Position numbers and translations under genes: made by a program | Virus record (IMG/VR): IMGVR_UViG_3300035698_018097 | DNA: 64,000 nt | Direction: 5' to 3' (one strand) | Origin: an uncultured virus (IMG/VR IMGVR_UViG_3300035698_018097) | Lineage: Duplodnaviria; Heunggongvirae; Uroviricota; Caudoviricetes | Notes under the pieces: generated by a model | Told to the model about the DNA's origin: nothing | Database searches by the model: none | What the model saw: the letters and a program-made list of their open reading frames with translations, nothing else | Shown here: piece by piece, positions 11,692 through 22,100 of the stretch | How positions within the stretch are numbered: the stretch's first letter is position 1 | How the letters are laid out: each line of letters opens with the position of its first letter

Positions 11692-13158
11692 ATGAATCAA
11701 TTATTAAAAACCATCGAAAAGAATCAGAACCGCTCAGTTTTTACCGAAAACTCTGCTCTCTCCAATGCATCTTCACTTGACCTTTGTGTAGACTTATTCG
11801 GCACCATCGGTGCAATGAGAAACACTTCCGAATCCAATGTGACTTCGGCATTCCGTAAAGCTTTTTACGAAAACAAAGAAAAAGCACTTAAAATCCTTTT
11901 CTGGGCTCGCGATATTCGTGGCGGACAAGGTGAAAGAAACACATTCCGAATCATCCTCGCGGACTTAGCAGATCGTGAACCTATGTGGGTGTCCGAAAAC
12001 ATTCACCTTATTCCAGAATACGGTCGATGGGACGATTTGTATGTATTGGTGGGAACACCATCCGAACGCCCAGCATTAGAATTAATGCGTATGCAGTTCA
12101 ACAAGGATATTGAGTCCCAGACTCCATCGTTATTGGCAAAGTGGTTGAAGAGAGAAAATACTTCTTCAAAGGAATCTCGTCGTCTTGCATCTGTAACACG
12201 AAAATATTTCGAACTTTCCCCACGCGTTTACCGTAAAGCACTTTCTGAATTGTGCCGACGCATCGCTGTTGTAGAACAGAAAATGTGTTCAGGTGATTGG
12301 GAGGGAATCGACTACAGCGGTGTCCCATCTAATGCATCATTGATGTATCGCAAAGCATTTTCCAAGCACGATCCTGATGGATATCAGAAGTTCTTAGCTT
12401 CTGTGGAAAAGGGAGAAGTGAAAATCAACACAGGAACATTGTATCCTTACGATCTCACAAGCAAGTATGTAACTGGGAGCGGATTCTCTTACAGAGTAGC
12501 AGGTCAGATCGATAAGACTGTTGAATTACAGTGGAAGAATCTTCCAAACTATGTGACTCCATTCAATGGAATTGTAGTTGCTGATACATCTGGATCTATG
12601 GCTGGAAAGCCAATTCAGGTATGTATGTCATTAGCACTTTATATTGCTGAAAGAAATGTTGGAGCATTCAAGGATCGCTTCATCACTTTTTCCAACAGAC
12701 CTACTCTTCAGAAAGTGGTTGGTTTTACATTGTTAGATCGTCTTCAGAATCTTTCCCGAGCACATTGGGATGGTAACACGGATCTTCAAGCAATTTTCAA
12801 CTTAATCCTTGAAACTGCTGTTAAAGGTGGACTTCCTCAAAGTGAACTTCCAGAACGGATCTTCATCGTATCAGATATGCAGTTTGATCAGGCGGATCGT
12901 CATTACGCAACCAACTATGAAGTTATCAAGGCAAAATTTGCTGCTTGTGGATACTACATGCCACAACTCGTGTTTTGGAATGTCGATGCTAGAAATAACA
13001 CCGATTCACCAATTACGGTTGATGACTATGGAACAGCATTGATCTCTGGATCTTCCCCTTCCATTTTACAGGCCGTTCTCGAAAATAAGGTTGTTACTCC
13101 AACGGATGTGATGAATTCTGCTATCGAAACGGAACGATACGAAAGAATCAAGTATTAA
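11692..13158 (+). CDS. DUF2828-family protein (helical TROVE/Ro-like region plus C-terminal vWA domain)
   Basis: ARDIRGGQGER, YGRWDD, LAKW, LYPYD, MIDAS DTSGSM, SDMQFD and VFWNV motifs. Confidence 0.85.
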   Translation: MNQLLKTIEKNQNRSVFTENSALSNASSLDLCVDLFGTIGAMRNTSESNVTSAFRKAFYENKEKALKILFWARDIRGGQGERNTFRIILADLADREPMWVSENIHLIPEYGRWDDLYVLVGTPSERPALELMRMQFNKDIESQTPSLLAKWLKRENTSSKESRRLASVTRKYFELSPRVYRKALSELCRRIAVVEQKMCSGDWEGIDYSGVPSNASLMYRKAFSKHDPDGYQKFLASVEKGEVKINTGTLYPYDLTSKYVTGSGFSYRVAGQIDKTVELQWKNLPNYVTPFNGIVVADTSGSMAGKPIQVCMSLALYIAERNVGAFKDRFITFSNRPTLQKVVGFTLLDRLQNLSRAHWDGNTDLQAIFNLILETAVKGGLPQSELPERIFIVSDMQFDQADRHYATNYEVIKAKFAACGYYMPQLVFWNVDARNNTDSPITVDDYGTALISGSSPSILQAVLENKVVTPTDVMNSAIETERYERIKY

Positions 13159-13762
13159 TGGGATGGTATAAAACCAAACAGCTTTCCATCAAGCATGCTT
13201 CATCGTTAGATGAGTATGTCAAACTCCCAAAGGAAGATAAATTCCTTTTGGGGTTTATTTATGTATACCCATATTGGATGGAACTTGAATTTGAGGGTGA
13301 TATATTAAATCATCCATTTGACAAATATTTTAAAAGAAATTATCCAATACAATTTTGGTTCCGCGAAACTATGCCAATGTGGCTAAACAGAAATTTAATG
13401 TGGGATCTCAAAAATCTATATCAAGCTATTAAAGACTTTATATTTCCCCAGCAGAAATGGCTCATCAAAAAAATACCAAATGGCTGGAGAGATAAAGATA
13501 CTTTAGTAACAGAAATTTTATTTAATTGTATCATTCATTTTGTTGAAAACGAAGACGGATTTGAACAAACTGATTGGGAACAAGATGAACGGCTTCATGA
13601 ACCAAAGAAACGGATTGAAAAAATCTATCGTTGGGCAAAATTACGAAAGAAATTAATTGACAAGCTTTCGGATTGCGGTAAACTGTATTCAACATATGAA
13701 AGAATTTTAAATGAAGGTGACACCCACTTTTGTAAAGAAATAATTGATATAATGAAATACCT

Positions 13763-14035
13763 TTGGACATGAGAACGCCGATAACAGAAGAAAATGTAGA
13801 TAATGCTTTTGATGAAGCAATAGAGAAAATGCATTTCCGATTAAAAGAAAAAGGTCGCGGAACATTAACATCTATTCACGAAATATTTGGGATGATACAG
13901 GAAGAAGTTCATGAACTCCAAATTGAAATGCATAAAAATGGGACTGACGAAGATAAAATTGAAGAATTGTTAGATATCGCAGTCGCTGCAATTTTCTCCA
14001 TCGCTTGTATAAAACAAGGAACTTTAGATTGGTAA
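13763..14035 (+). CDS. MazG-like nucleotide pyrophosphohydrolase
   Basis: IQEEVHEL...EELLDIAVAA (EExxE...ExxD pattern). Confidence 0.6.
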   Translation: MDMRTPITEENVDNAFDEAIEKMHFRLKEKGRGTLTSIHEIFGMIQEEVHELQIEMHKNGTDEDKIEELLDIAVAAIFSIACIKQGTLDW

Positions 14036-14695
14036 AAATATGAAAATAAATTATGGATTAGTTGCAGTCTTGAAAATAGACATGGATAAAGTTACGGAAA
14101 ATAAAAACCATACATGGGAGCATTTAGGTAATAACCTGAGTATGTTAGATATTAAACATTTTTGTGGATTTGAACAAGAACCTGATATTATGAGTTATGT
14201 GGATTTATATCATGAACTCAGACACGATCCAGAATTCGAATTGGGTGATAATGAATTTATTATTATTCCTGCTTCGGATGCAATTATTGATGATTGTTTA
14301 CCCAATAGAGAAGTTGACGATGAAAAAGGTCCAGAGCAATTGGATCTTTTCACATAACTTAATTCTAAATTAAAATCTTGACTTTTTATATTACCATGTT
14401 AATCTGGTAGTATGATTAAATATAGAATCTCAGCCGCTGGAAGAAATAAATTAGAAGGACAAACCGTGTTTTTTAATGGTCTTCCTCACCGATATTATCC
14501 AGATTTTAAACTCGACAAATTCAAGCTATTCGATAGTGTAGAAGATCTCTTATCAGAGATTGAAACATATGAATATAGAAAACTAGCTGATTCTGTATTA
14601 ATGACCGGGCAGATGGAAAAAATTCAGGTAATACATTCTGAAATTGAAGTTCTTCAATCTGTTCCGCTATCTTTTTTCGTCTCAAATTAAAAAAT

Positions 14696-15202
14696 ATGAA
14701 TATTAAAGAAGTAAATGGTGACATCACGACATGTCCTGAAGGTGTGAATTTTATTGTTCACCAAGCAAATATTAACAGACGCATGGGTTCTGGTGTGGCT
14801 AAAGCATTATGTGATAAGTGGCCTAGTGTAAGATATGCGGACTCAAATTACAATTCAACACGAAAATTTAATGAGTTGGGAAGTTTTTCACATGTTCAAG
14901 TTGAACTTGATCCTCCAATTGTTGTTTGCAATTTATATGGCCAATCTTTATATAAAAATTCATTAGCTGGTTGTAGAACAGATTATAATGCCATTGTCAT
15001 TGGATTTCGTCGGGTAATAAAAATGTTAGATAGTTTTACCGACTCCACCACTTTTAAACCTGTGATTGGAATCCCGAAATTCATGGGATGTGATTTGGCC
15101 GGTGGTAATTGGGAAGTTTATTTTAAAATTATAACCGAATCACTTAAAAACACCAATTACGATTTGGTTGTGGTTAACTTCGGAAAAACAATCAAACGAT
15201 GA
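14696..15202 (+). CDS. Macrodomain (ADP-ribose-binding/hydrolase) protein
   Basis: GDIT, HQAN..MGSGVAKAL, NLYGQ and PKFMGCDLAGGNW motifs. Confidence 0.85.
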   Translation: MNIKEVNGDITTCPEGVNFIVHQANINRRMGSGVAKALCDKWPSVRYADSNYNSTRKFNELGSFSHVQVELDPPIVVCNLYGQSLYKNSLAGCRTDYNAIVIGFRRVIKMLDSFTDSTTFKPVIGIPKFMGCDLAGGNWEVYFKIITESLKNTNYDLVVVNFGKTIKR

Positions 15203-15519
15203 AAACAGAATATACACAAAGAGGATTTTCAATCATAAAGTTTACTGATACTCATGGAGTAAAGTGTTCCATTCAAGAAAGTAGCGTAATCCCGCATTTA
15301 TGGCTTGGAACCTGTGAAAATCATATGAAGGTTTTGGCTAAAGATGCTCATATCATGGGTATCGAAACCACTCAAACAACGGGATGGGTAGATATCCCTA
15401 TTCCGCCCGAAGCTTTGGTTTTTGATCGGATGCATTTGACAAGGAAACACGCTAAAAAACTGGCCAAAATATTAAAGTATTTTGGCAAACACGGCCAGCT
15501 TCCCGAAGTTGAGAGTTAA
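15199..15519 (+). CDS. Conserved phage hypothetical protein
   Basis: TQRGF..F.D..G..CSIQESS..LWLG..RMHL pattern recalled from many phages. Confidence 0.55.
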   Translation: MKTEYTQRGFSIIKFTDTHGVKCSIQESSVIPHLWLGTCENHMKVLAKDAHIMGIETTQTTGWVDIPIPPEALVFDRMHLTRKHAKKLAKILKYFGKHGQLPEVES

Positions 15520-15914
15520 TGGATTACTTAACATTATTTCTTATTGTCTGGTTTTTATCGGCTCATTATATTTCCGACTTTGTGTTGCAGACACATTGGC
15601 AGGCGGTGAATAAATCTAAAAATCGTAAAGCACTCATGGAACATGTGTATAAGTATTCCATGAGTATGTTAGCATTTACCATAGTATATTTTGCAATAAC
15701 ATTGCTTCATGGTCTTTCAGTAATTGCTATGATGTTTTGTGTTTTTGCGTATTTCTATTTTGTTGTAACTCATGGGCTTGTGGATTTTATTACAAGTAAA
15801 ATTGTTACTCACTACTTTAATAAAGAAGATCATCACATGGGATTTGTGATTATTGGATTCGATCAGTTATTACATTACATAACTATTTTTACACCGCTCG
15901 TATTATTAAGTTAA
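15519..15914 (+). CDS. DUF3307-like membrane protein
   Basis: H..SDFVLQ, H..VDF and GFDQLLH motifs. Confidence 0.75.
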   Translation: MDYLTLFLIVWFLSAHYISDFVLQTHWQAVNKSKNRKALMEHVYKYSMSMLAFTIVYFAITLLHGLSVIAMMFCVFAYFYFVVTHGLVDFITSKIVTHYFNKEDHHMGFVIIGFDQLLHYITIFTPLVLLS

Positions 15915-15920
15915 TGAATT

Positions 15921-16913
15921 ATGAAACAAATTGAAGAATTAAATGGAAAACATTATTTCACATGTTCAGCATGTATGTCTGTCTGGGCTGATGCTTTAAG
16001 TTGGACAAATGCAAATTCTGATAAGGTCGTAAAGTCGATAGATGAAGCTGATAATATTATAGTGTTATCGTGTCAAGTTACTGACTTAGCAATTCTAAAT
16101 GATTTTAGAATTGCAGAAGCTCTCAGAGATAATAATCCCGGCAAAGCCATCTTCGTTTCTGGTTGTTTATCACAACGACTTGATATAGAATTGCCAAGCG
16201 GTATTGGGAGACTTGAACAAATGCGAGAGACTTATCAACATATTGATGATAAAACTCTTGTAAATTTTGAAAAGCCGTTTTGGGTAAAAGATTTTAAAGA
16301 AGAATCAGATGAATTTGACGATGGTAATTTGTTCAGAAATAAATATCCATTGAGAATTGGTAAAGGGTGTCCATTTAAATGCACTTATTGCACTATCCGA
16401 ATAACAAGAGGGGATTATGAAAATTATAATCTCAATGAAAAATTGATTAAAGAATTTTTAATGCATGATGATGTTGTATTAATTGCTGATAGTCCAATGG
16501 TTCAACCAATTAAAGATTGGTGTAACTTGGCAATTGAAAAAAATAAAAAGATTTCAATTCGTAATATTGAACCTCAAATTACAATCCATTGTATAAATGA
16601 AATTCGTGAAGCTTCTAAAGTTGGAGTTCTTGATGTTTTTCATTGTCCAGTTCAATCTGGTGATCCAGATGTTTTAAAAGACATGGGAAGAAATGTTCAG
16701 GCGACATTAGATATCATTGAGTTGTCGAAGGAATTGAAAGAAAATGGCACCAAAGTTGCAACAAATATCATTATTGATTATAAAGGATATCCGAATAATT
16801 TTGAATATATTTATGACATTTATGATTATGTTTCATGGAATCCATTATGGGATAATGTTTGGAATCGGGCCAGAGCAGAAAAACGATATGAAAAATATTT
16901 AGGATCTGAATAA
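15921..16913 (+). CDS. MiaB/RimO-like radical SAM protein without TRAM domain
   Basis: N-terminal Cys set (C..., LSC, SGC) as in UPF0004; GCPFKCTYC; PVQSGD..VLKDMGR. Confidence 0.7.
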   Translation: MKQIEELNGKHYFTCSACMSVWADALSWTNANSDKVVKSIDEADNIIVLSCQVTDLAILNDFRIAEALRDNNPGKAIFVSGCLSQRLDIELPSGIGRLEQMRETYQHIDDKTLVNFEKPFWVKDFKEESDEFDDGNLFRNKYPLRIGKGCPFKCTYCTIRITRGDYENYNLNEKLIKEFLMHDDVVLIADSPMVQPIKDWCNLAIEKNKKISIRNIEPQITIHCINEIREASKVGVLDVFHCPVQSGDPDVLKDMGRNVQATLDIIELSKELKENGTKVATNIIIDYKGYPNNFEYIYDIYDYVSWNPLWDNVWNRARAEKRYEKYLGSE

Positions 16914-18307
16914 CTTCTTGACATTTTTATAAAAACATGAAAGGATAAAAATATGAATAATACAATTAAAATTGGTGCAACTATGAATGTTCCTTTGCCA
17001 GGTCGAAAAGGCGAAGGCAATTATGGTTCCATAACAATCAATGGAGTAGAGGATATTTCGGTTAACTCTTTGATTGATGTTTTATCTAAAAAAGTCATTG
17101 ATGATATCACTAAAAATGATAAATCGTATGATTACTATTATGTAGACAAGGATAGAAACTTAGTAGGAGCAAACGAATACTATCATGGATCAGATGTGAC
17201 AACTACACTTCGTCCGATTTCGGCTCACGAAGCGCAATTGTTGGAAGCCGTAGAAAAATTGAAAAAGTTTTTATCACCAGATGAGCAAGATTTATTTCAA
17301 CATTAATAGTAAAGCTTCTTTATCGGATTTCTTACATGAAGTTCAGGATGGACAGAGTATCATGCCTGAGAGCTGCAAGCGAAATACAGCAAAGGCTACC
17401 AAATCAAATTTGGATGATTTCACTTTATACTAATGCTGAAGTCATCCGTGATCGACTGAACATTAGATCTTACTTGTAAAAAACATACAGGTCGAAGCGG
17501 AGTTCATTTTGAACACGAAAGGCTTTGCCCATGTCATGATGAGGCTTGGACTCCCGGAACCCCATATCTAGTAATAAGTAAAAAATAAATTATACATGAC
17601 ACCAAGACCAAAAACAGACGCAAAATTAAAAAACCTCACTGATCGCTTGAAGGATGCTGCGAATGGGTTATACAAGGTTAGTGAAGATTTGGAAGGTGAA
17701 CGACTCCTATTAGATGGGTTTATACGGGTGGCAGAAGAGGATACCCGAAGACTCTCTTGGGTATTAGAAAACCTAATAGACGATTGGACTAGAGAGATAA
17801 TCGATGTTGAGATGAATAGAAAACCTTGACTTTACAACCAAACTATATTATAGCTTAAACCATGATAAGACACATGTTAAAACAACCTACCAAGCCACGG
17901 AGGCCGGCAAAACCAAAAGCGCCTTCCGACATAATTCCGTCTATTACTGAAATAGACACTCGTTTTTCTAATTATGAGGGATATAATTTTGATGCGATGA
18001 TCCGATCATTATTTAACCTTCCAGAAGATCATGTGATCAATTTAAAAAATGTGTTCATCAAACGGATTGCCGATTATTATGATGAAGTTGCTTTTACATA
18101 TGATTTTGGAGAAATTTCAAATTCTAACTACGATAAACAATACAAAGCATATTTGAAAAAGTTTAAAACTTATAATGACAACATGCTTCGTTATAATGAG
18201 AAGTTGGCAGCTTATAAAATTGCCTTAGTAACATACGAAGACGGTTTGAAAGAACAAGCAATCCGGCTTGCTCGTGAGACATTGAAGAAATACGGAATAT
18301 CCTGTAT

Positions 18308-19126
18308 ATGACCGACATCAGAAAGACAGTCAATTGGTTAATCGAAGATTTCGCCACTGAAAACCAGACTGCTGAGCTAGCAGAAGCGGTGAAGGAACTT
18401 GGATTTAATATTAAAATTTGTGATTACCGAAACCATTTTAATCAAGGTTGGCCTCAATATTTTAAGGACGATGAATGCGTTGTAACTCAAACAAGTATTC
18501 AGTCTTCTCACTCTATAATGGCACGAACGCTTTGGGAGCCTGGACCTTGGTATGATAAACACAAATTTGATTGTCAGTATTACTATCCGTTCTTTGGAAG
18601 TTATTTGTTTAATGACAAATATATAATGTTGCCAGTTGGTGATGTTCTCCGAAGAATTGATGATGTATATAGTTGGCTTGGGAAAGATAAAGTTGTCTTT
18701 ATTCGTCCAAGTGGTGGCGCAAAATCGTTCACGGGAGAAGTATTTTATAGAGAAGAATTCGAACGCCTTTGGGATATTAGATGCTCTTATGGGGCAAAAG
18801 ATTCCGATATTGTGGTGATTTCTACTCCAAAAACAATCAAATCCGAATTCAGATATGTGATTGGTAACGGAGAAATTATTGCTTCGTCTCATTATAAAGG
18901 TAAGAAAGTAAGTGCTCCACATGAATTTGTTCGGGAAGTTTTGAAAACGACAACATATAATCCACATCCTGTTTGGTGTCTTGATATAGCATTGGACTCT
19001 GATTATGAACCTTGGGTTTTAGAAGTCGGTAGCTTCAGTGTATCTGGACTTTATGATTGTAATAAGAAGGATATCGTTAAAAAAGTAAGCCAAATAGCTT
19101 ACGATGAATTTATCAAAGAAGTATAA
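18308..19126 (+). CDS. ATP-grasp domain protein (DUF4343/R2K-like)
   Basis: FIRPSGGAKSFTG, EFRYVI, LDIA and VLEVGSFSVSGLY motifs. Confidence 0.75.
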   Translation: MTDIRKTVNWLIEDFATENQTAELAEAVKELGFNIKICDYRNHFNQGWPQYFKDDECVVTQTSIQSSHSIMARTLWEPGPWYDKHKFDCQYYYPFFGSYLFNDKYIMLPVGDVLRRIDDVYSWLGKDKVVFIRPSGGAKSFTGEVFYREEFERLWDIRCSYGAKDSDIVVISTPKTIKSEFRYVIGNGEIIASSHYKGKKVSAPHEFVREVLKTTTYNPHPVWCLDIALDSDYEPWVLEVGSFSVSGLYDCNKKDIVKKVSQIAYDEFIKEV

Positions 19127-22100
19127 AATAGTTATTGACTTTTTATAAATCAACTGATAAGTTGTCCAAATGATTAAAGTTACAAGAATCAAAGACACAG
19201 GCGGACTCATATTAGAACGCTTTCCATCTCCCGGTGATTACGAAATTAACGATGGTAATCTCATTTTTAATATAAAAATTGGATATAGTGAAAACAGAAC
19301 AATAGAAGTTAAAGATATTCGGAGCGTTCGAAAAATTCACCGAACTAATGTGAAAACTCATTATGAAGATGATGAGGGAAATAAACTTTCTATCGAAGAA
19401 TATGACTTAAGCAATGACAACCTATCCAAAAATGCTGAATATGAAAATACTGATCATGCTGACAGATTGATTTTTGATGATTTGGATGAAGAATATGCTT
19501 ATAAAAAATTCCGTAAAAGATGGATCGGAATTCATCGAACCGTTATTTCATACGGAGATCCAGAACCATTAGAAATAACAGAAGTTCAGTTTGATACCGG
19601 AAACCAATATATTTCCTCAGCATATTGCGTTGGTGGGAAAGCCTCTCTGTATTATTATGACAGAGAAAATGCCGTTCGTGCTATTTTAAATGAAACAATG
19701 TCTGAATTGGGAATGGAGTTTGGAGGGAAATGTAGTCATGAAAGCACCAAAAGTAAACGCATGTGGGGATGTCCAGATCATGGCGGAATTCGATATGCCG
19801 TAGCATTTGGATCGTATATAATTTCAGATGATTGGGATTTCAAACGTCAACCTATTATTTCAGGATCTTTAGAAAAATTGACCGAAGTATATGATCGCCA
19901 CAGAACTAAATTGCGAGCTAATATCATTTTAAGATTCAATCTTTATTTTGGAAAACTGTCTGATAAGAAGGCTTCGAGAATTTTAAGTGAATCCTTAGAC
20001 AGTGTAAAAACAGTTTACTCACGAATGTATAAGCTAGACCCGAAGGTGAAAGATGTCGGAGAGTATAATGGCATTATCAATTCACTACGGGAAATTATTG
20101 AAACCATTGAAACGGAGATTATTAATGATGGATAGATATTATAAATGTGAATATGATGATGATGATGAAGAAATGTCAGCTGAAGAATATCAGTGGTATC
20201 TTTTTTTTGATTATTGTGTGAATGCTGATATTATGCCAGATGAAGAATTGCCGGCTGCCTTCTTGGCCGCTCAAAATGAAGATTTGGAAACCGATTATCC
20301 TTGGGACTGATCATGACTAACAAGAAACACGCAATTTTCCGAATCACATTAAAAGGGACTAGACATCCTGTTGTGAGAAATAAGAAACCTTTGATTTTCA
20401 ACTCACGAAATGAAGGTGGAGATTGGAAGATGAAAAATCCTTTAAAATCTAAAGTTTATGGGACACGCTTTGAATGTATGAAACTTTCTAACTACGAATA
20501 CAGAGAACTCAAAAAGAAATTTGGAATTTAAAATGAAACTGACAGAAGAATTAGCTAAACGCCTTTTGGATGAAAACATCACGGTTAAGGAACAAAAGGA
20601 AATATTTAAAAGCATTGATACTAGAGTAATGGAAATTGTGAACTTTATTGTCAAAACATATGGCGCTAAAATGAATTGGTGGGCATACGGTAATGATGTT
20701 GATCTTTCTTCCGGAAATGGATCAACAGGCGGATTTTTCGATCCTGAATTGTATATGGAAACGATTGAAATAATCGGCGACAATAATTTGTGGGGTAAAG
20801 AGCAATGCCCATATGTGAATGGGGTTCCAACTATATATCTTTGGTTAGAAAATTACCAAGAAGTTATCGAACGCGAAAAAGAAGAATATATCCAAAAACG
20901 AAAATCTATCATTGAGAGAATACAGCGGAAATCGAAAAAGAAGGGTCTTAGAACGGCTGCGTTAATCAAAAGCATCAGATCAAAACTCAATGAGGAAGAA
21001 ATAAATTTTATTTCAAAATCATTATCTATTCGAAAATGAAACCACATAGAATTACAGATGAGGAACGAAGTCTTCTTTCATTGCTTGGGAGAAGTGTCGA
21101 TCTGGGCGAATGGACTTCGGTTAGTGAGACATTAACCAAATGGGTCACGAATGCTGCCAGCCAAATTTCTCCGTTGGTCGAACTAAAAAAAGAAAATGAT
21201 ACCACACATATTCGATTGACCGCAAAAGGAACCACAATTGTAGAGTGGACCTGAAAATAGTTCTTGACTTTTTATAGTTTTCGGTTCACTATGGAATCAT
21301 GAACAAACAACTGCAAAATAAAATTGATAAAACAGTCGATCTTATGAACGATCTACTTCATAATCATTTGGCTGATCTCATTGATAGTGATCTGGATCTA
21401 TTTCCTTATTTTGTTGAAGCTTTCTCTAATAATCTTCAGGCTTTCGATGTTGGACGGATTACTAAAGGTGATACGGCAACTGCTACCCTAACAAAAATAT
21501 ATCTTGAGAGTGTTGATTCTGAAGAGATTCTTAAACATTATCCAGTATTTTCTTCTTTTCAAGTTATTGTTTTAGAAGATCCTTCGTATGATCCAACCGT
21601 TGACGGTTGGGGTTTTATGGTTGAAGATGTGAAATTTGGAATTAAATTCCTTATGAATGTCGAAGATGTAAAAATTAATTCTTGACTTTTTATAGTTTGT
21701 AATCCAATGTAAGAACCATGACAAAATTAGACCAATATTTCAATGACGGTGCTTGCACAGCTGCTAGAGCTACTTTAATGTGTGTTCAACACGAACTTCC
21801 AAAGTTCGTCGGAGACACTTGGAATTCTGATCAACAAAGGAATGATGCAGAACCAATGGTGGCTCGCTGGGAAAATTGTAGAGAACAAGGATATGTTATC
21901 ACTCTTCGCACTAAAACTTACGGTAATCAATTAAATATCGCTTTTTTTGAACATAGAAACAGTGATTCAATTCATGCTATCGAATGGGAGGAAGTCACTA
22001 TAAATTCTCCAACCATTGATACCGCTGTGTTTAATGGCCAAGTTTATTCAGACAAACACGACACTTCCCATTATGTCAGCCCCAATCAAATGTATGAAAT

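Noticed and set aside
17382..17392. Extra ACAGCAA motif
   Set aside because: No flanking AGAT/ATCT stem; probably chance.
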